This document shows, piece after piece, positions 21,085 to 31,690 of a DNA stretch of 64,000 nt. Source of the DNA: an uncultured Spirochaetota bacterium (GTDB taxonomy: Bacteria; Spirochaetota; Spirochaetia; SZUA-6; CAVTHK01). The first letter of the stretch is position 1. Each line of letters starts with the position of its first letter. Made by a program: the position numbers and the translations under genes. The notes beneath the pieces were generated by a model, which worked only from the letters and a program-made list of their open reading frames with translations, did not search any database and was not told the origin of the DNA. The DNA lies in NCBI GenBank assembly GCA_963734495.1, contig CAVTHK010000013.1:416001-480000 (forward strand). Direction: 5' to 3'.

Positions 21085-22320
21085 TCAGTCCGCGATGGCC
21101 TGATACGTCGTGGCGCGGAAGTCCGCCACGGTCGGGAAGAGCCCGCCGGGCTGGTGCTGCGCCATGAGGATGCCGATGAGCTGCTCGCGCGGGTCGACCC
21201 AGAAGTAGGTGCCGGCCGCGCCGGACCATCCGAACTCCCCGACGGACCCCGCGGTCTGCGCCTGCGCCGGGTCCATCATCACGCGCATTCCGAGCCCGTA
21301 GCCCCAGCCCGGGGCGGCGCGGCCGCCGTTCTCGTACGGCAGGAGGGCGGCGGCGAGGTGGTTGGCGGTCATCAGCTCGATCGTCTTGCGGCCGAGGACG
21401 CGAGCCCCGTCGAGCTCGCCGCCTTCGAGCAGCATGCGCGCGAAGCGCAGGTAGTCCCGCGCGCTGGACACCAGCCCCGTTCCGCCGCGGAAGATCTCGT
21501 GCGGCGCGGACTGCGGGCTGTCGCGCGGGCCCGCGACCAGCCGGTTTTCGCCGGCGAGCGCGCGCTCCGACAGCAGCCGGCCGAGCGAATCGCTCCTGGC
21601 CAGATCGCCGGCGCCGTACATGGACACGAAGCGGTCGAGCTTCTCCTCGGGCACGAAGTACCCGGTGTCCAGCATGGCGAGCGGCCGCAGGATGGCCTTC
21701 GCGAGGTAGCGGTCGAGCCGCTCGCCGCTCACCACCTCGATCAGCCGGCCGACGACGTCATGGGCGACGCTGTAGCGAAACGCGGTCCCCGGCTGGAAGG
21801 CGAGCGGGAGCCGCCCGATGGCGGCGACGCACTCGGCGAGGGGCGCATCCAGAGGCAGCGCCTCGCGGTACATCTGCTCGACCGGGCCGTACTCGTTGTA
21901 GTGGTAGGTGAAGCCCGCGGTGTGCGTGAGCAGGTCGCGCACCGTTACGGGCCGCGCGGGCTCCACCAGGCGCGGGTCCGAGGCGGTCCCTCCCGCAAAG
22001 ACCTTGAGGCCCTGGAGCTCCGGGATCCACGTCGCGACCGGGTCCGCCAGCCGCACGAGCCCACGCTCGTAGAGCGTCATGAGGGCGACGCACGTGATCG
22101 GCTTGGTCATCGAGTACATGCGGAAGAGCGCGTCGGGCCGCATGGGCCGGCGCGCTTCGCGGTCCATCAGGCCGTAGCACTCTTCGTGCACGACCTCCCC
22201 GCGCCGCCAGACGAGCGTGATCGCCCCGGACAGGCGCGAGTCGCCGATGTGCTTTTCGATCGCCGGCCGTATGCGCTCGAGACGCGATGCGTCCATCCCC
22301 GAACGGGCGTGACGCGGCAT
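21085..22320 (-). CDS. Serine hydrolase (beta-lactamase-related esterase family)
   Basis: SxxK 'YSMTKP', 'LLTHTAG', 'PLAFQPG..FRYS', 'FGWSGAAGT'. Confidence 0.9.
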   Translation of the reverse strand: MPRHARSGMDASRLERIRPAIEKHIGDSRLSGAITLVWRRGEVVHEECYGLMDREARRPMRPDALFRMYSMTKPITCVALMTLYERGLVRLADPVATWIPELQGLKVFAGGTASDPRLVEPARPVTVRDLLTHTAGFTYHYNEYGPVEQMYREALPLDAPLAECVAAIGRLPLAFQPGTAFRYSVAHDVVGRLIEVVSGERLDRYLAKAILRPLAMLDTGYFVPEEKLDRFVSMYGAGDLARSDSLGRLLSERALAGENRLVAGPRDSPQSAPHEIFRGGTGLVSSARDYLRFARMLLEGGELDGARVLGRKTIELMTANHLAAALLPYENGGRAAPGWGYGLGMRVMMDPAQAQTAGSVGEFGWSGAAGTYFWVDPREQLIGILMAQHQPGGLFPTVADFRATTYQAIAD

Positions 22321-22395
22321 TCCGCAGGCCTCCTCAGCAAGGACGGCCCACCGTAGCGCGAGCGGGGTGGACTGGTAAAGGCTCCCCGGTGAGCC

Positions 22396-23416
22396 TCAGC
22401 GGCGGGTCGCCGCGCGCAGCCCGCGGGACAGGGAGTCGAGCCGATCGACCTCGTCTTCGCCGAGCCGCAGCTCCAGCGCACCCGCGTTCTCGGCGGCCTG
22501 CGCCGCGCTCTTCGCGCCGGGGATGGCGACGACCGCCGGCTGCCGGATGAGCCACGCGAGGGCGACCTGCGCCGCGGTCCGGCCGCCGTGAGCCTCCCCG
22601 ACCGCGCGCAGCCGCTCGATGAGCGGAGCGAGCTCGGCGAGGCGCGCGGCGCGGAACTGCGGGAAGCGGCGGCGCAGCGCATCGTGGACGGACGCGCCGG
22701 GCCGGTACCTCCCGCCGAGCACGCCGCGGCCGAGCGGGCTGTACGCGATCAGGGCCGCACCGAGGTCGCGGCACGCATCGAGGACGCCGTTGCCCTGCGG
22801 CGAGCGCGCGAGCAGGCTGTACTCGACCTGGTTGGACACGAGGGGAATGCCGCGGCGCCCCAGCCGGTCGTAGGCGCGCCTCATGTCGTCGGCGGAGAAG
22901 TTGCTGACGCCGACGGAGCGCGCGCGACCGGTCTCAACCGCCTCGGCGAGCGCGTCGATGATCGTGCCCATCGCGAACAGAGGCCCCGGGAAATGGATCT
23001 GGTACAGGTCCACCGCGGGCAGCCCGAGCCGCGCGAGGCTCCTGTCCAGCGCCGCGATCACCGCCCGCCGGGCGAGGCGCCACGGCAGCGGGGCGAACTT
23101 GGTGGCCACCAGGGCGCGGAGCTGCCCCTGCGCGGCGCCGGCCGGCCCGGGCGTTCCCGCCCCGGGCGCGCGCCCGGCGCAGCAGCTCTCCGAGGACCCG
23201 CTCGGACGAGCCGCCCCCGTAGATCTCCGCCGTGTCGAAGAGCGTGATCCCTGCCGCGAGGCTCGCTTCGAAGGCGCCGGCGGCCGCCTCGGCGCCGAGG
23301 CGGTCGCCGTAGCCCCAGAGCCGGCTGTTGCTCCACGCCATCGTGCCGACGCCGAGCGGCAGCGTGAAGATCTCGCTGCGGCCGAGCTGCACTTCGTCGT
23401 AAAGCTGTCGGGTCAT
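22396..23416 (-). CDS. Aldo/keto reductase, frameshift near 23130
   Basis: 'FDTAEIYG', 'ATKF', 'DLYQIH', 'GVSNF', 'NQVEYSLL', 'AYSPLGRG', 'IPGAK'. Confidence 0.92.
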
Positions 23417-23454
23417 GGGTTCGACCCGAATTTACTCCGCGCCGGGCTCGCAGG

Positions 23455-24534
23455 CTACACGTTGAAGAGGAAGTGGATGATGTCGCCGTCGAGGACCTCG
23501 TAGCCGCGCCCTTCCTGGCGGAAGAGCCCGGCCTCGCGCATCTTTTGGCTCGGAGCCGAGCCGCACGAGGTCGTCGTACGTGTAGACCTCCGCGCGGATG
23601 AAACCGCGCTCGAAGTCGGTGTGGATGCGGCCGGCGGCCGCGGGCGCGAGCGTGCCCCGGCGGATGGTCCACGCCTGGAGGTCCGTCGCGGCGGTGTAGA
23701 ACGTGATGAGGTCGAGCAGCGCGTAGGCCGTCGCGTGTCAGGCGCGCGAGCCCGCTCTCGGCCAGGCCGAGCGCCTCGAGGTACGGCTGCTTGTCGGCCT
23801 CCGGGATCTCGGAGACCTCCTGCTCGACCTTCGCCGAGAGGGCGAGGTACGCGGCGCCCGCGCGCCCGCGCGTACGCCTCGACCTCGGCGCCCGCGGCTC
23901 CCGCGGCGTCGCTCTCGTCCACGTTCGCGACGTAGACCTCCGGCTTGTCGGTGATCAGGCCGTAGCGCGAGGCGGCCTCGTGCAGGTCGGGGCGCGCGCG
24001 CAGCGCGGTCCCGGCGTCGATCAGCCCGCGCATGGCGTCGATCTCCGCGAGCTCCGCGGCCGCGGCCTTCTCGCCGCTGTGGGCCTTGTGGACGACCTTG
24101 TCGCGCGCCCGGTCGAGCACCTCCAGGTCCGCGAGCAGCAGCTCGGTGTTGATGATCTCGATGTCGCGCAGCGGGTCGACCCCGCCCGCCACGTGCGAGA
24201 CGTCGTCGTCGTGGAAGCAGCGCACGACGTGCACCAGCGCGTCGACGGGACGGATGTGGCCGAGAAAGAGGTTGCCGAGACCTTCGCCCTTCGAGGCTCC
24301 CTTGACGAGGCCGGCCACGTCGAGGAACTCGATGCGGGTCGGGATGGGCTTCGGCTTTCCGAGGATCCCGCCGATCCGGGCGAGCCGGGGGTCGGCCACC
24401 GGCACGACGGCGTGGTTGGCGTCGATCGTGCAGAACGGGTAGTTCTCCATCGGCGCCTTTGCGCCCGACAGAGCGTTGAAGACCGTCGACTTGCCCACGT
24501 TCGGCAGCCCGACGATGCCGCAGGTAAAGCCCAT
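23455..24534 (-). CDS. ychF: Redox-regulated ATPase YchF (Obg family), frameshifted
   Basis: '[12 protein letters not shown]', 'NYPFCTID', '[20 protein letters not shown]', C-terminal '[19 protein letters not shown]'. Confidence 0.95.
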   Translation of the reverse strand: MGFTCGIVGLPNVGKSTVFNALSGAKAPMENYPFCTIDANHAVVPVADPRLARIGGILGKPKPIPTRIEFLDVAGLVKGASKGEGLGNLFLGHIRPVDALVHVVRCFHDDDVSHVAGGVDPLRDIEIINTELLLADLEVLDRARDKVVHKAHSGEKAAAAELAEIDAMRGLIDAGTALRARPDLHEAASRYGLITDKPEVYVANVDESDAAGAAGAEVEAYARARGRRVPRPLGEGRAGGLRDPGGRQAAVPRGARPGRERARAPDTRRPTRCSTSSRSTPPRRTSRRGPSAGARSRPRPPAASTPTSSAVSSARRSTRTTTSCGSAPSQKMREAGLFRQEGRGYEVLDGDIIHFLFNV

Positions 24535-24650
24535 CGCGTCGACCCCGTGGCCATGATAGTCGCACCGGCCTGCGGTCGCAAGGCGGCGCGCCGCGGCGAC
24601 TGCGAGCGCGGCGAGTTGCAGGCAGATGCGGCGGGCCGTAGAATAGAAGC

Positions 24651-25187
24651 ATGGAGCTGCGGCACATCAAGTTGCCCGTGCGGTTCCTCGAGCATCTGCC
24701 GGAAGGGCTCAAGTACCTGCACCGGCACGGCAACGAGTACCTCGTGGTGGAGCAGCTGTTCTGCCCGCGCGGCCACAGCCTGATGGCATCGAGCGTGCAT
24801 ATTCACGGAGAGCCTTCCATCCGCATCAAGGTGCGGGCCGGCGAGAGGGAGGGACTGATCTTCGTCGACGCTTTCTGGGGAAGCCACGACAAGCTCTACA
24901 GCTTCCTCCCGGTGCAGGGCGGCCAGGAGCCCGTGCTGGAGACGTTCTGTCCGGAGTGCGGCGCCTCCCTGATCGTGGAGGAGCCCTGCACGCAGCCCGG
25001 CTGCGGCTCGACCAGGTGCATCCTCTTCCTCCTCCCGGGAGGGACCAACAGGATCTACGTCTGCGCGCGTCACGGATGCCCCTGGCACCGCATGGACATC
25101 CACGAGCTGCCCAGGTCGGTTTCGCGCTCCGTGAGCCAGGTCAACTACTTCGGCCACGGGGAGGAGGATGCCTTTCAGGGCATCTAG
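24651..25187 (+). CDS. Hypothetical Cys/His-rich, probably metal-binding protein
   Basis: Clean 178-aa ORF with CPRGH, CPECG, CTQPGC and CARHGCPWH; first gene of the oxidoreductase operon. Confidence 0.75.
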   Translation: MELRHIKLPVRFLEHLPEGLKYLHRHGNEYLVVEQLFCPRGHSLMASSVHIHGEPSIRIKVRAGEREGLIFVDAFWGSHDKLYSFLPVQGGQEPVLETFCPECGASLIVEEPCTQPGCGSTRCILFLLPGGTNRIYVCARHGCPWHRMDIHELPRSVSRSVSQVNYFGHGEEDAFQGI

Positions 25188-25233
25188 CCGTCCGCGGTCC
25201 GCCGCCGGCTGCGGGGAGAGCCGCAGCCCGAGG

Positions 25234-25476
25234 ATGGTTCTGGTGGAGCAGGCCGTCGCAGGAAACCACGCCGTCATCGAGCCGTCGGAGTGCAAAGGCT
25301 GCAGGCTCTGTGTGGAGGCGTGCCCCAAGGGGTGCATCGAAGTCGGCTCGGAGATCAACGTCCTGGGCTACCAGTTCGCGCGCTTCGCAAAGCCGGGGTG
25401 CACGGCCTGCGGTCTCTGCTACTACGTCTGCCCCGAGCCCGGGGCCATCACGGTCGTCCGTTCGGGAACACGATGA
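25234..25476 (+). CDS. 2x[4Fe-4S] ferredoxin (delta subunit of 2-oxoacid:ferredoxin oxidoreductase)
   Basis: CKGCRLCVEACP and CTACGLCYYVCP. Confidence 0.92.
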   Translation: MVLVEQAVAGNHAVIEPSECKGCRLCVEACPKGCIEVGSEINVLGYQFARFAKPGCTACGLCYYVCPEPGAITVVRSGTR

Positions 25477-26552
25477 GCGTGCGCCTGGTCAAAGGGAACG
25501 AGGCGGTGGTGCAGGGCGCCCTCATGGGCGGCGCCACCCATTTTTTCGGCTACCCCATCACCCCGGCGAGCGAGATCGCCCACGCCGCCGCGCTGTATTT
25601 CCCGCAGGCGGGCAGGAGCTTTCTCCAGGCCGAATCGGAGGTCGCCTCGATCAACATGATCTACGGCGCGGCGGCGGGGGGCGCGCGCGCCATGACGGCC
25701 ACCTCGGGCCCGGGCGTCTCCCTCATGGCCGAGGGCCTCTCCTACCTCGCCGGAGCCGAGCTGCCCTGCGTGGTGGTGGACGTGCAGCGCGCCGGCCCCG
25801 GGCTCGGCAACATCTGGCCGGAGCAGAGCGACTATGCCGCGGTCGTCAAGGGCGGCGGGCACGGGAACTACCGCAACGTCGTGCTCGCGCCGAGCACGGG
25901 CCAGGAGATGTGCGACTTCGCCTACCGCGCTTTCGACATCGCCGACCGCTACCGGATGACGGTCTTTATCCTGGCCGACGCGTACGTGGGACAGATGATG
26001 GAGCCGGTCCGCCTCCCCCTCGAGCCCCGGCATGGCGAGCGCAAGCCGTGGGCCGTGTACGGGGACGCAGACAGCCGACCCAACCTCATCAGCTCCATCC
26101 TGATGAGCCCCGCCCTCCTGGAACGGCACAACCGCATGCTCCAGGAGAAGTATTCGCGCATGAGCGCGGACGTTCTCGAGTACGAGGAGACGCTGGTGGA
26201 GGACGCCGAGATCCTCTTCGTGGCCTACGGCATCACCGCCCGCATCTGCTCGAGCGCGGTCAGGCGCCTGCGCGGCCGCGGCGTCAGAGCCGGGATGCTG
26301 CGCCCCAGGACCCTCTTCCCCTTCCCGACGGAACGGATCCGTGCGCTCGCCCGGAGAGGCACCGCGCGGGCGCTGATCGCGGCGGAGCTCTCCGCGGGCC
26401 AGATGGCCGAAGACGTGGAGCTCGCCGCGGCCGGCGCGCTGCCGGTGCTCCGCTACGGCTGGCTCGGCGGCGTCGTCCCGACGGAGGGCGAGATCGAGGA
26501 GCGGGCCCTGCGGGACGCGGCGCTCGCCGGGCGCGTCAACGGAGTCGCCTGA
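25473..26552 (+). CDS. vorB: 3-methyl-2-oxobutanoate (ketoisovalerate):ferredoxin oxidoreductase alpha-type subunit
   Basis: 'KGNEA', 'FGYPITPASEI', 'QAESEVASINM', 'TSGPGVSL', 'RAGPGLGNI', 'KGGGHGNY'. Confidence 0.88.
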   Translation: MSVRLVKGNEAVVQGALMGGATHFFGYPITPASEIAHAAALYFPQAGRSFLQAESEVASINMIYGAAAGGARAMTATSGPGVSLMAEGLSYLAGAELPCVVVDVQRAGPGLGNIWPEQSDYAAVVKGGGHGNYRNVVLAPSTGQEMCDFAYRAFDIADRYRMTVFILADAYVGQMMEPVRLPLEPRHGERKPWAVYGDADSRPNLISSILMSPALLERHNRMLQEKYSRMSADVLEYEETLVEDAEILFVAYGITARICSSAVRRLRGRGVRAGMLRPRTLFPFPTERIRALARRGTARALIAAELSAGQMAEDVELAAAGALPVLRYGWLGGVVPTEGEIEERALRDAALAGRVNGVA

Positions 26553-27994
26553 TGGTCAAGCACGCCAAGCCCGCGAGCTTCTACGACGTCTTCTCCCGCA
26601 AGGGGGAGGGGCAGAAGGTGACGCACTACTGCCCGGGCTGCGGACACGGCACCGCGCACAAGCTCCTTGCGGAGGCGATCGACGAGCTCGGCATCCAGGA
26701 CAGGGTCGTCCTCTGCTCGCCGGTGGGCTGCTCGGTCTTCGCCTACTACTATTTCGACACCGGGAACGTGCAGTGCTCGCACGGCAGGGCGCCGGCCGTG
26801 GCCACCGGGCTGCGCCGCTCGCTTCCCGAGGCGGTGGTCGTGAGCTACCAGGGCGACGGCGACCTCGCGGGCATAGGCCTGGCCGAGATCATGCATGCCG
26901 CAAACCGCGGCGAGAACATCTCGGTCTTCTTTATCAACAACGCGATCTACGGCATGACGGGCGGGCAGATGGCGCCCACGACGCTTGTCGGCCAGGTCAC
27001 GCTGACCACCCCCTTCGGCCGATCGCTGCAGCACGACGGCGCGCCCATCGGCATGGCCGAGCTGATCTCATCGCTCGCCCTTCCGGCCTACGTCGAGCGC
27101 GTCTCCCTTGGAGACGGGCAGCGCATCCTGCGGGCGCGCAAGGCGTTCCGCAAGGCGCTCCAGTACCAGGTCGAGCGGCGCGGCTTCTCCTTTGTCGAGG
27201 TGCTGTCCCCCTGTCCGGTGAACTGGAAGATGAGCCCGAGCGAGGCGCGCACCTGGCTCATGGAAACGCTCGAGCAGACCTACCCGGTCCGGCTCTTCCG
27301 CGACGCGGAGTCCCTTCCCGCCGTGCAGGCCGCAGCACCGGCGCCCGCCGCGGGCGCGGCCGCGGGCGCGCCTCCGCGCGTCGTAGGCGACGACGGGCTC
27401 CGCTCCCTCTTTCTCGTGGAAAAGGACATCGAGGTCGTCGCGCGTCACGGCGAGGTGGCGGAACAGCAGGTGAGGATCGCGGGCTTTGGCGGGCAGGGGG
27501 TCATGTCGGCCGGGATCCTGCTCGCGAACTGCGCGGTGGCCGAGGACCTGCACGCGAGCTGGCTCCCCTCCTACGGTCCCGAGATGCGCGGCGGGACCGC
27601 CAACGCGAGCGTGGTCATCTCTTCGGAGGAGATCGGCTCGCCCGTGGTCGCGTCGCCCAACGTGCTCATCGCCATGAACGGCCCTTCGTTCGACACCTTT
27701 GCTCCGGCCGTGGCTCCCGGGGGGCTCATCGTGGCGAACTCGAGCCTCTTCCAGCCCGGGACGGAGCGCGGCGACGTGCGGGTTCTCGCGGTTCCCGCGA
27801 CCGAAATCGCGGGCCGCCTGGGCTTCGTCGGCGCCGCGAACGTCGTGGCGCTCGCCGCGTACATCGGCGCCTCCGGCGCGATCCGCCCCGAAACGCTGCG
27901 TCAGGTGGTGCCCCTCTCCATCAAGAAGCGGCAGTTCGCCGAGGTCAACCTCAAGGCCATCGAGGCGGGGCTGGAGTATGCAGCGAGACCATAG
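26552..27994 (+). CDS. 2-oxoacid:ferredoxin oxidoreductase fused beta (TPP-binding) + gamma subunit
   Basis: 'HYCPGCGHG', 'YQGDGDLAGIG', 'NNAIYGMTGGQ', an Ala/Pro linker, then 'AGFGGQG' and 'PSYGPEMRGGTAN'. Confidence 0.92.
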   Translation: MVKHAKPASFYDVFSRKGEGQKVTHYCPGCGHGTAHKLLAEAIDELGIQDRVVLCSPVGCSVFAYYYFDTGNVQCSHGRAPAVATGLRRSLPEAVVVSYQGDGDLAGIGLAEIMHAANRGENISVFFINNAIYGMTGGQMAPTTLVGQVTLTTPFGRSLQHDGAPIGMAELISSLALPAYVERVSLGDGQRILRARKAFRKALQYQVERRGFSFVEVLSPCPVNWKMSPSEARTWLMETLEQTYPVRLFRDAESLPAVQAAAPAPAAGAAAGAPPRVVGDDGLRSLFLVEKDIEVVARHGEVAEQQVRIAGFGGQGVMSAGILLANCAVAEDLHASWLPSYGPEMRGGTANASVVISSEEIGSPVVASPNVLIAMNGPSFDTFAPAVAPGGLIVANSSLFQPGTERGDVRVLAVPATEIAGRLGFVGAANVVALAAYIGASGAIRPETLRQVVPLSIKKRQFAEVNLKAIEAGLEYAARP

Positions 27995-29075
27995 GACGGC
28001 CGGCCCCCGCATCCTCGTCATCAACCCGGGATCCACTTCCACGAAGCTCTCGCTGTTCCGGGGCGAGGAGGAGCTGGATTCCGTCGCAGCTCCTTCACCG
28101 GCCGAGGAGCTGCGCGGCTTCGCGCGCATCTTCGAGCAGCTTCCCCTCCGCGCGCGGGCCGTCGAGGCCTTTCTGACGGAGTGCGAGGAGAAGGCGGCGC
28201 ATCTCGATGCCGCGGTCGCACGCGGAGGGCTCCTCCGCCCCCTGCAGAGCGGCGTCTACGTCGTGGACGAGGCGATGCTTCGCGATCTGGAGTCGGCCCG
28301 CTATGGGGAGCACGCGAGCAACCTGGGGGCTCCGCTCGCGCATGGGGTGGCCTCCCGGGCGGGCTGCCCCGCATTCATCGCGGACCCGGTCGTGGTGGAC
28401 GAGATGGACGACGTGGCGCGCCTCTCTGGCATGCCGGAGATCGAGCGCCGGAGCATCTTCCATGCCCTGAACCAGAAGTCCGCGGCTCGCGAGGTCGCCG
28501 CGCGCCTCGGCCGGCCCTACGAAGAGTGCCGCTTGATCGTGGCCCACATGGGCGGCGGCATCTCCGTAGGCGCGCACGCCGGCGGCCGCGTCATCGATGT
28601 GAACAACGCCCTGGACGGCGACGGCCCCTTTGCTCCCGAGCGCTCGGGCGGCGTTCCCGTCGGCGCGCTGGTAGAGCTCGCCGCGAGCGGAAAGCTCCCC
28701 ATCGAGGAGCTGCGCCGCAGGATCGTGGGGCGCGGCGGCCTGGTGGCCTACTGCGGCACGAACAGCCTGAAGGAGGCCCAGGACGCGGCGGACCGCGGCG
28801 ACCTGCGCGCCGCCCTCGCGATCGAGGCCATGGCCTACCAGGTTGCCAAGGAGGTGGCCATGCACGGCGCCACGCTCTCGGGGCGGGTCGACCGGATCAT
28901 CCTCACCGGAGGCATGGCGCAGGACGGGCGTTTCGTCCGACGCATCGTGGAGCGCGTCTCCTTTCTCGCCCCCGTGGAGGTGTTGCCGGGGGAGCGGGAG
29001 ATGCTGTCCCTGGCGCGCAACTGCCTCGCCGTGCTCACGGGGGCGCTGCAGCCGCGCAGGTACGGGCAGCCGTGA
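27978..29075 (+). CDS. buk: Butyrate kinase
   Basis: 'ILVINPGSTSTK', 'EHASNLG', 'DPVVVDE', 'FHALNQK', 'AHMGGGISVGAH'. Confidence 0.95.
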   Translation: MQRDHRTAGPRILVINPGSTSTKLSLFRGEEELDSVAAPSPAEELRGFARIFEQLPLRARAVEAFLTECEEKAAHLDAAVARGGLLRPLQSGVYVVDEAMLRDLESARYGEHASNLGAPLAHGVASRAGCPAFIADPVVVDEMDDVARLSGMPEIERRSIFHALNQKSAAREVAARLGRPYEECRLIVAHMGGGISVGAHAGGRVIDVNNALDGDGPFAPERSGGVPVGALVELAASGKLPIEELRRRIVGRGGLVAYCGTNSLKEAQDAADRGDLRAALAIEAMAYQVAKEVAMHGATLSGRVDRIILTGGMAQDGRFVRRIVERVSFLAPVEVLPGEREMLSLARNCLAVLTGALQPRRYGQP

Positions 29076-30010
29076 GCGATGCCGCCGCGCTGCGCGAGCT
29101 CTTCGGCATGCCCGCCCCCGGGCAGCCGGCTTCGGGCCGGCGAAAGACCGTCGCGGTCCCGCTGGCCGACCACGAGGAGATCCTCGCCTGCATCGGCCGG
29201 GCCCTGCACAGGATCGCTGAGTTCGTTCTCATCGGGGACGAGCGGCGGATCCGGGAGGCGGCGGGTCGCGCGGGAGCGGATCTCGCCGGCGCGACCTTCC
29301 TCACGGAGACCGACGAGGTCGCGGCGTGCGCGCTTGCCGCCCGCCTCGTGCGCGACGGAGAGGCGCAGCTCCTCATGAAGGGGCAGGTGCAGACCTCGAC
29401 GTTCATCAAGGCTGTGCTGGACAAGACAAGCGGGCTGGTGGAGCCGGGACGCCTCGTGAGCCACGTGACGGTGTGCGGGATCCCGCGCTACCCCAAACCC
29501 CTCCTGCTCACGGATGCCGCGATCACGGTCGAGCCGGGGCTCGAGCAGAAGGCCGAGATCCTGCGCAACGCGCTGGCAGTAGCGCGCGCGCTCGGCATCG
29601 CGCGGCCCAGGGTGGCCTGCGTGGCGGCCGTGGAGAAGGTGAGCCCCAAGGTCCGCAGCACCGTGGACGCGGCGGAGCTGGTGCGAATGGCCGGCGACGC
29701 TGACCTCGCCGCGCGCAGCGGCCTGGAGGGGATCGAGATCCAGGGCCCGCTGGGCCTCGACCTCGCGGTCTCGCAGGAGGCGGCCCGCGTCAAAGGGGTG
29801 ACCGGACCCGTCGTGGGGAGGGCAGACATCCTCCTCATGCCCGGCCTCGATGCGGCCAACGCGCTGTACAAGTCCCTCACCTGCTTTGCCGATTCGTTCA
29901 TGGCCAGCGTGGTCGCCGGGGCGAGAGCGCCCGTGGTGCTGACGTCGCGCGCCGACAGCGAGGAGACGAAGTACCTGTCGCTCGGCCTCGCGCTCAAGCT
30001 CGCGGGTTGA
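29072..30010 (+). CDS. ptb: Phosphate butyryltransferase
   Basis: 'LMKGQVQT', 'LTDAA', 'AVEKVSPK', 'GPLGLDLAVS', 'PVVLTSRADS'. Confidence 0.9.
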   Translation: MSDAAALRELFGMPAPGQPASGRRKTVAVPLADHEEILACIGRALHRIAEFVLIGDERRIREAAGRAGADLAGATFLTETDEVAACALAARLVRDGEAQLLMKGQVQTSTFIKAVLDKTSGLVEPGRLVSHVTVCGIPRYPKPLLLTDAAITVEPGLEQKAEILRNALAVARALGIARPRVACVAAVEKVSPKVRSTVDAAELVRMAGDADLAARSGLEGIEIQGPLGLDLAVSQEAARVKGVTGPVVGRADILLMPGLDAANALYKSLTCFADSFMASVVAGARAPVVLTSRADSEETKYLSLGLALKLAG

Positions 30011-30053
30011 GCCTCCAGGCGCGGGGAGGGCCCGCCATGCGCCCTGGCCGGCG

Positions 30054-31551
30054 CTACTTGTCGCGCACCGCCTCGGTCATGGGGAGCCCCGTGTCGTAGT
30101 CGAGCTGCCGGGGCTCGTACTCCTCGTTCTCCCTCTGGCGCGTTCTCGACGTGTACTTCCAGGTCGCCGGGCGCGCGTCCCGCCGCCAGGGCCGCCGCTC
30201 CCAGTAGTAGCCGCGGAAGGGATCGCGCGTGCGGTTCATCCAGGCGAGCAGCCTGTCGTGGAGCGCGTCGCGCGCCGCGCGGCAGGCGTCCGACTCGATG
30301 AGGTTCGTGATCTCCTCGGGGTCCGCTTCGAGGTCGTACAGCTCGTCGCCGGAGAGCAGGTTGAGCACCAGCTTGTGGCGGCCGTCGAAGATCGCCCGCA
30401 CCGGCTGGAACCCGCCGAAGCCGTCGTGGTCGATCTCGTAGCGGCCGAACTCGATGAACACGTCGCGCGACCGCGTGTCGGCCGGGGCGCGGATGATGGA
30501 GGAGACAGGCTCGCCCTCGAGCAGCCTCGGCAGCGGGACGCCGAAGTGCTCCAGCACCGTCGGCACGAGGTCGATGTGCGACACGGGCGTCGCCGCGGTC
30601 GCGCCCGCGCGGGGCTGCCCCGGGCCAGCGCACGATCAGCGGGATGCGGGTGATCTCGTCGTACATCGCCGGCCCCTTGCTCGTGATGCTGTGCGATTCG
30701 AGCGCATCGCCGTGGTCGGAGGTGTAGATCACGAGCGCGTCGGGGCAGTGACGGTCGATCGCCTCGAGCACGCGGCCGATCTCGTAGTCGACGAAGGAGT
30801 TGCACCCGAAGAACGCGGCGCTGCCGATCTCCACTCCGTCCCGGTCGCGCCTGACGCCGTCGCCGGCCCAGACCCTCTGGTGCTCCGGCTTGTCCTCCAG
30901 CGTGTCCCAGACGTTGCGCTTGCGCGGGAACCGGTAGCCCTTGTACATGGAAGCGTACGGCTCGGGGCAGAGAAACGGGTCGTGCGGCTCGTCGTAGGAG
31001 ACGACGAGGAAGAAATCCTCCCCGGCGCCCGAGGCGAGGAACCGCCGCGCGCGATCCGCGCCGCGATGCCCGTAGGTGAAGCCCTCTTCGATCCCCGGAT
31101 CGTAGATGGTCTCGACGCGGCGCGAAGCGAGGCGCTGCCCGGGCGTGAGCTCCTCGAGGTAGTTCCGCATGTCGTACCAGTACGCGGGGTCCCACCCGTC
31201 CGGGCAGCGGCCGAGGCCGAAGTAGTCGCCGCCGTCGAGGTGCCACTTGCCGATGTAGCCGCAGCGGACGCCGTGGTCGGCGAGGCGCTGGCCGATGGTC
31301 TTGACGTTGTCGCCCAGCGGCATGCTGTTGCCCCAGCTGCCGTTGGAGTGCGGGTAGGTGCCGGTGAACATCGCGCTGCGGGCGGGCCCGCAGACCGGCT
31401 GGCAGGTGTAGGCGCGGTCGAAACGGACGCCCTGCGAGGCGAGCCGGTCCAGGTGCGGCGTCCGCATGCCCGCGTTGCCGTAGCAGCCCAGCATGTCGGT
31501 CCGCTGGGTGTCGGTCATGATCAGGACGACGCGCCGTCGCTCTGCTGCCAT
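30054..31551 (-). CDS. Cys-type sulfatase (YidJ-like), frameshift near 30610
   Basis: 'IMTDTQ', CxPxR 'CGPARSAMFTG', 'YIGKWHLDGGDYFG', 'SYDEPH', 'TSDHG', 'RYEIDHDGFGG'. Confidence 0.92.
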
Positions 31552-31629
31552 CGCTCCTCCTCCGGGCACCCATTGGGCCCGCGGCCCTCGACGCTGTCAA
31601 CCGCGGCGGTGGGCGCCCGCCGATCTTTC

Positions 31630-31658
31630 TTGACAGCGCCTGCCGCCGAACAAATACT
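31630..31658 (+). promoter_or_regulatory. Sigma70-type promoter TTGACA-N17-AATACT for the sugar ABC genes
   Basis: TTGACA at 31630-31635, AATACT at 31653-31658, AAGGAGG RBS before ATG 31691. Confidence 0.5.
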
Positions 31659-31690
31659 TGGGGTGAAGAATCCCGCAAAGGAGGGAGAGT

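Noticed and set aside
21085-22320. Beta-lactam resistance gene
   Set aside because: No signal peptide; it matches the broad cytoplasmic esterase-like serine hydrolase group.
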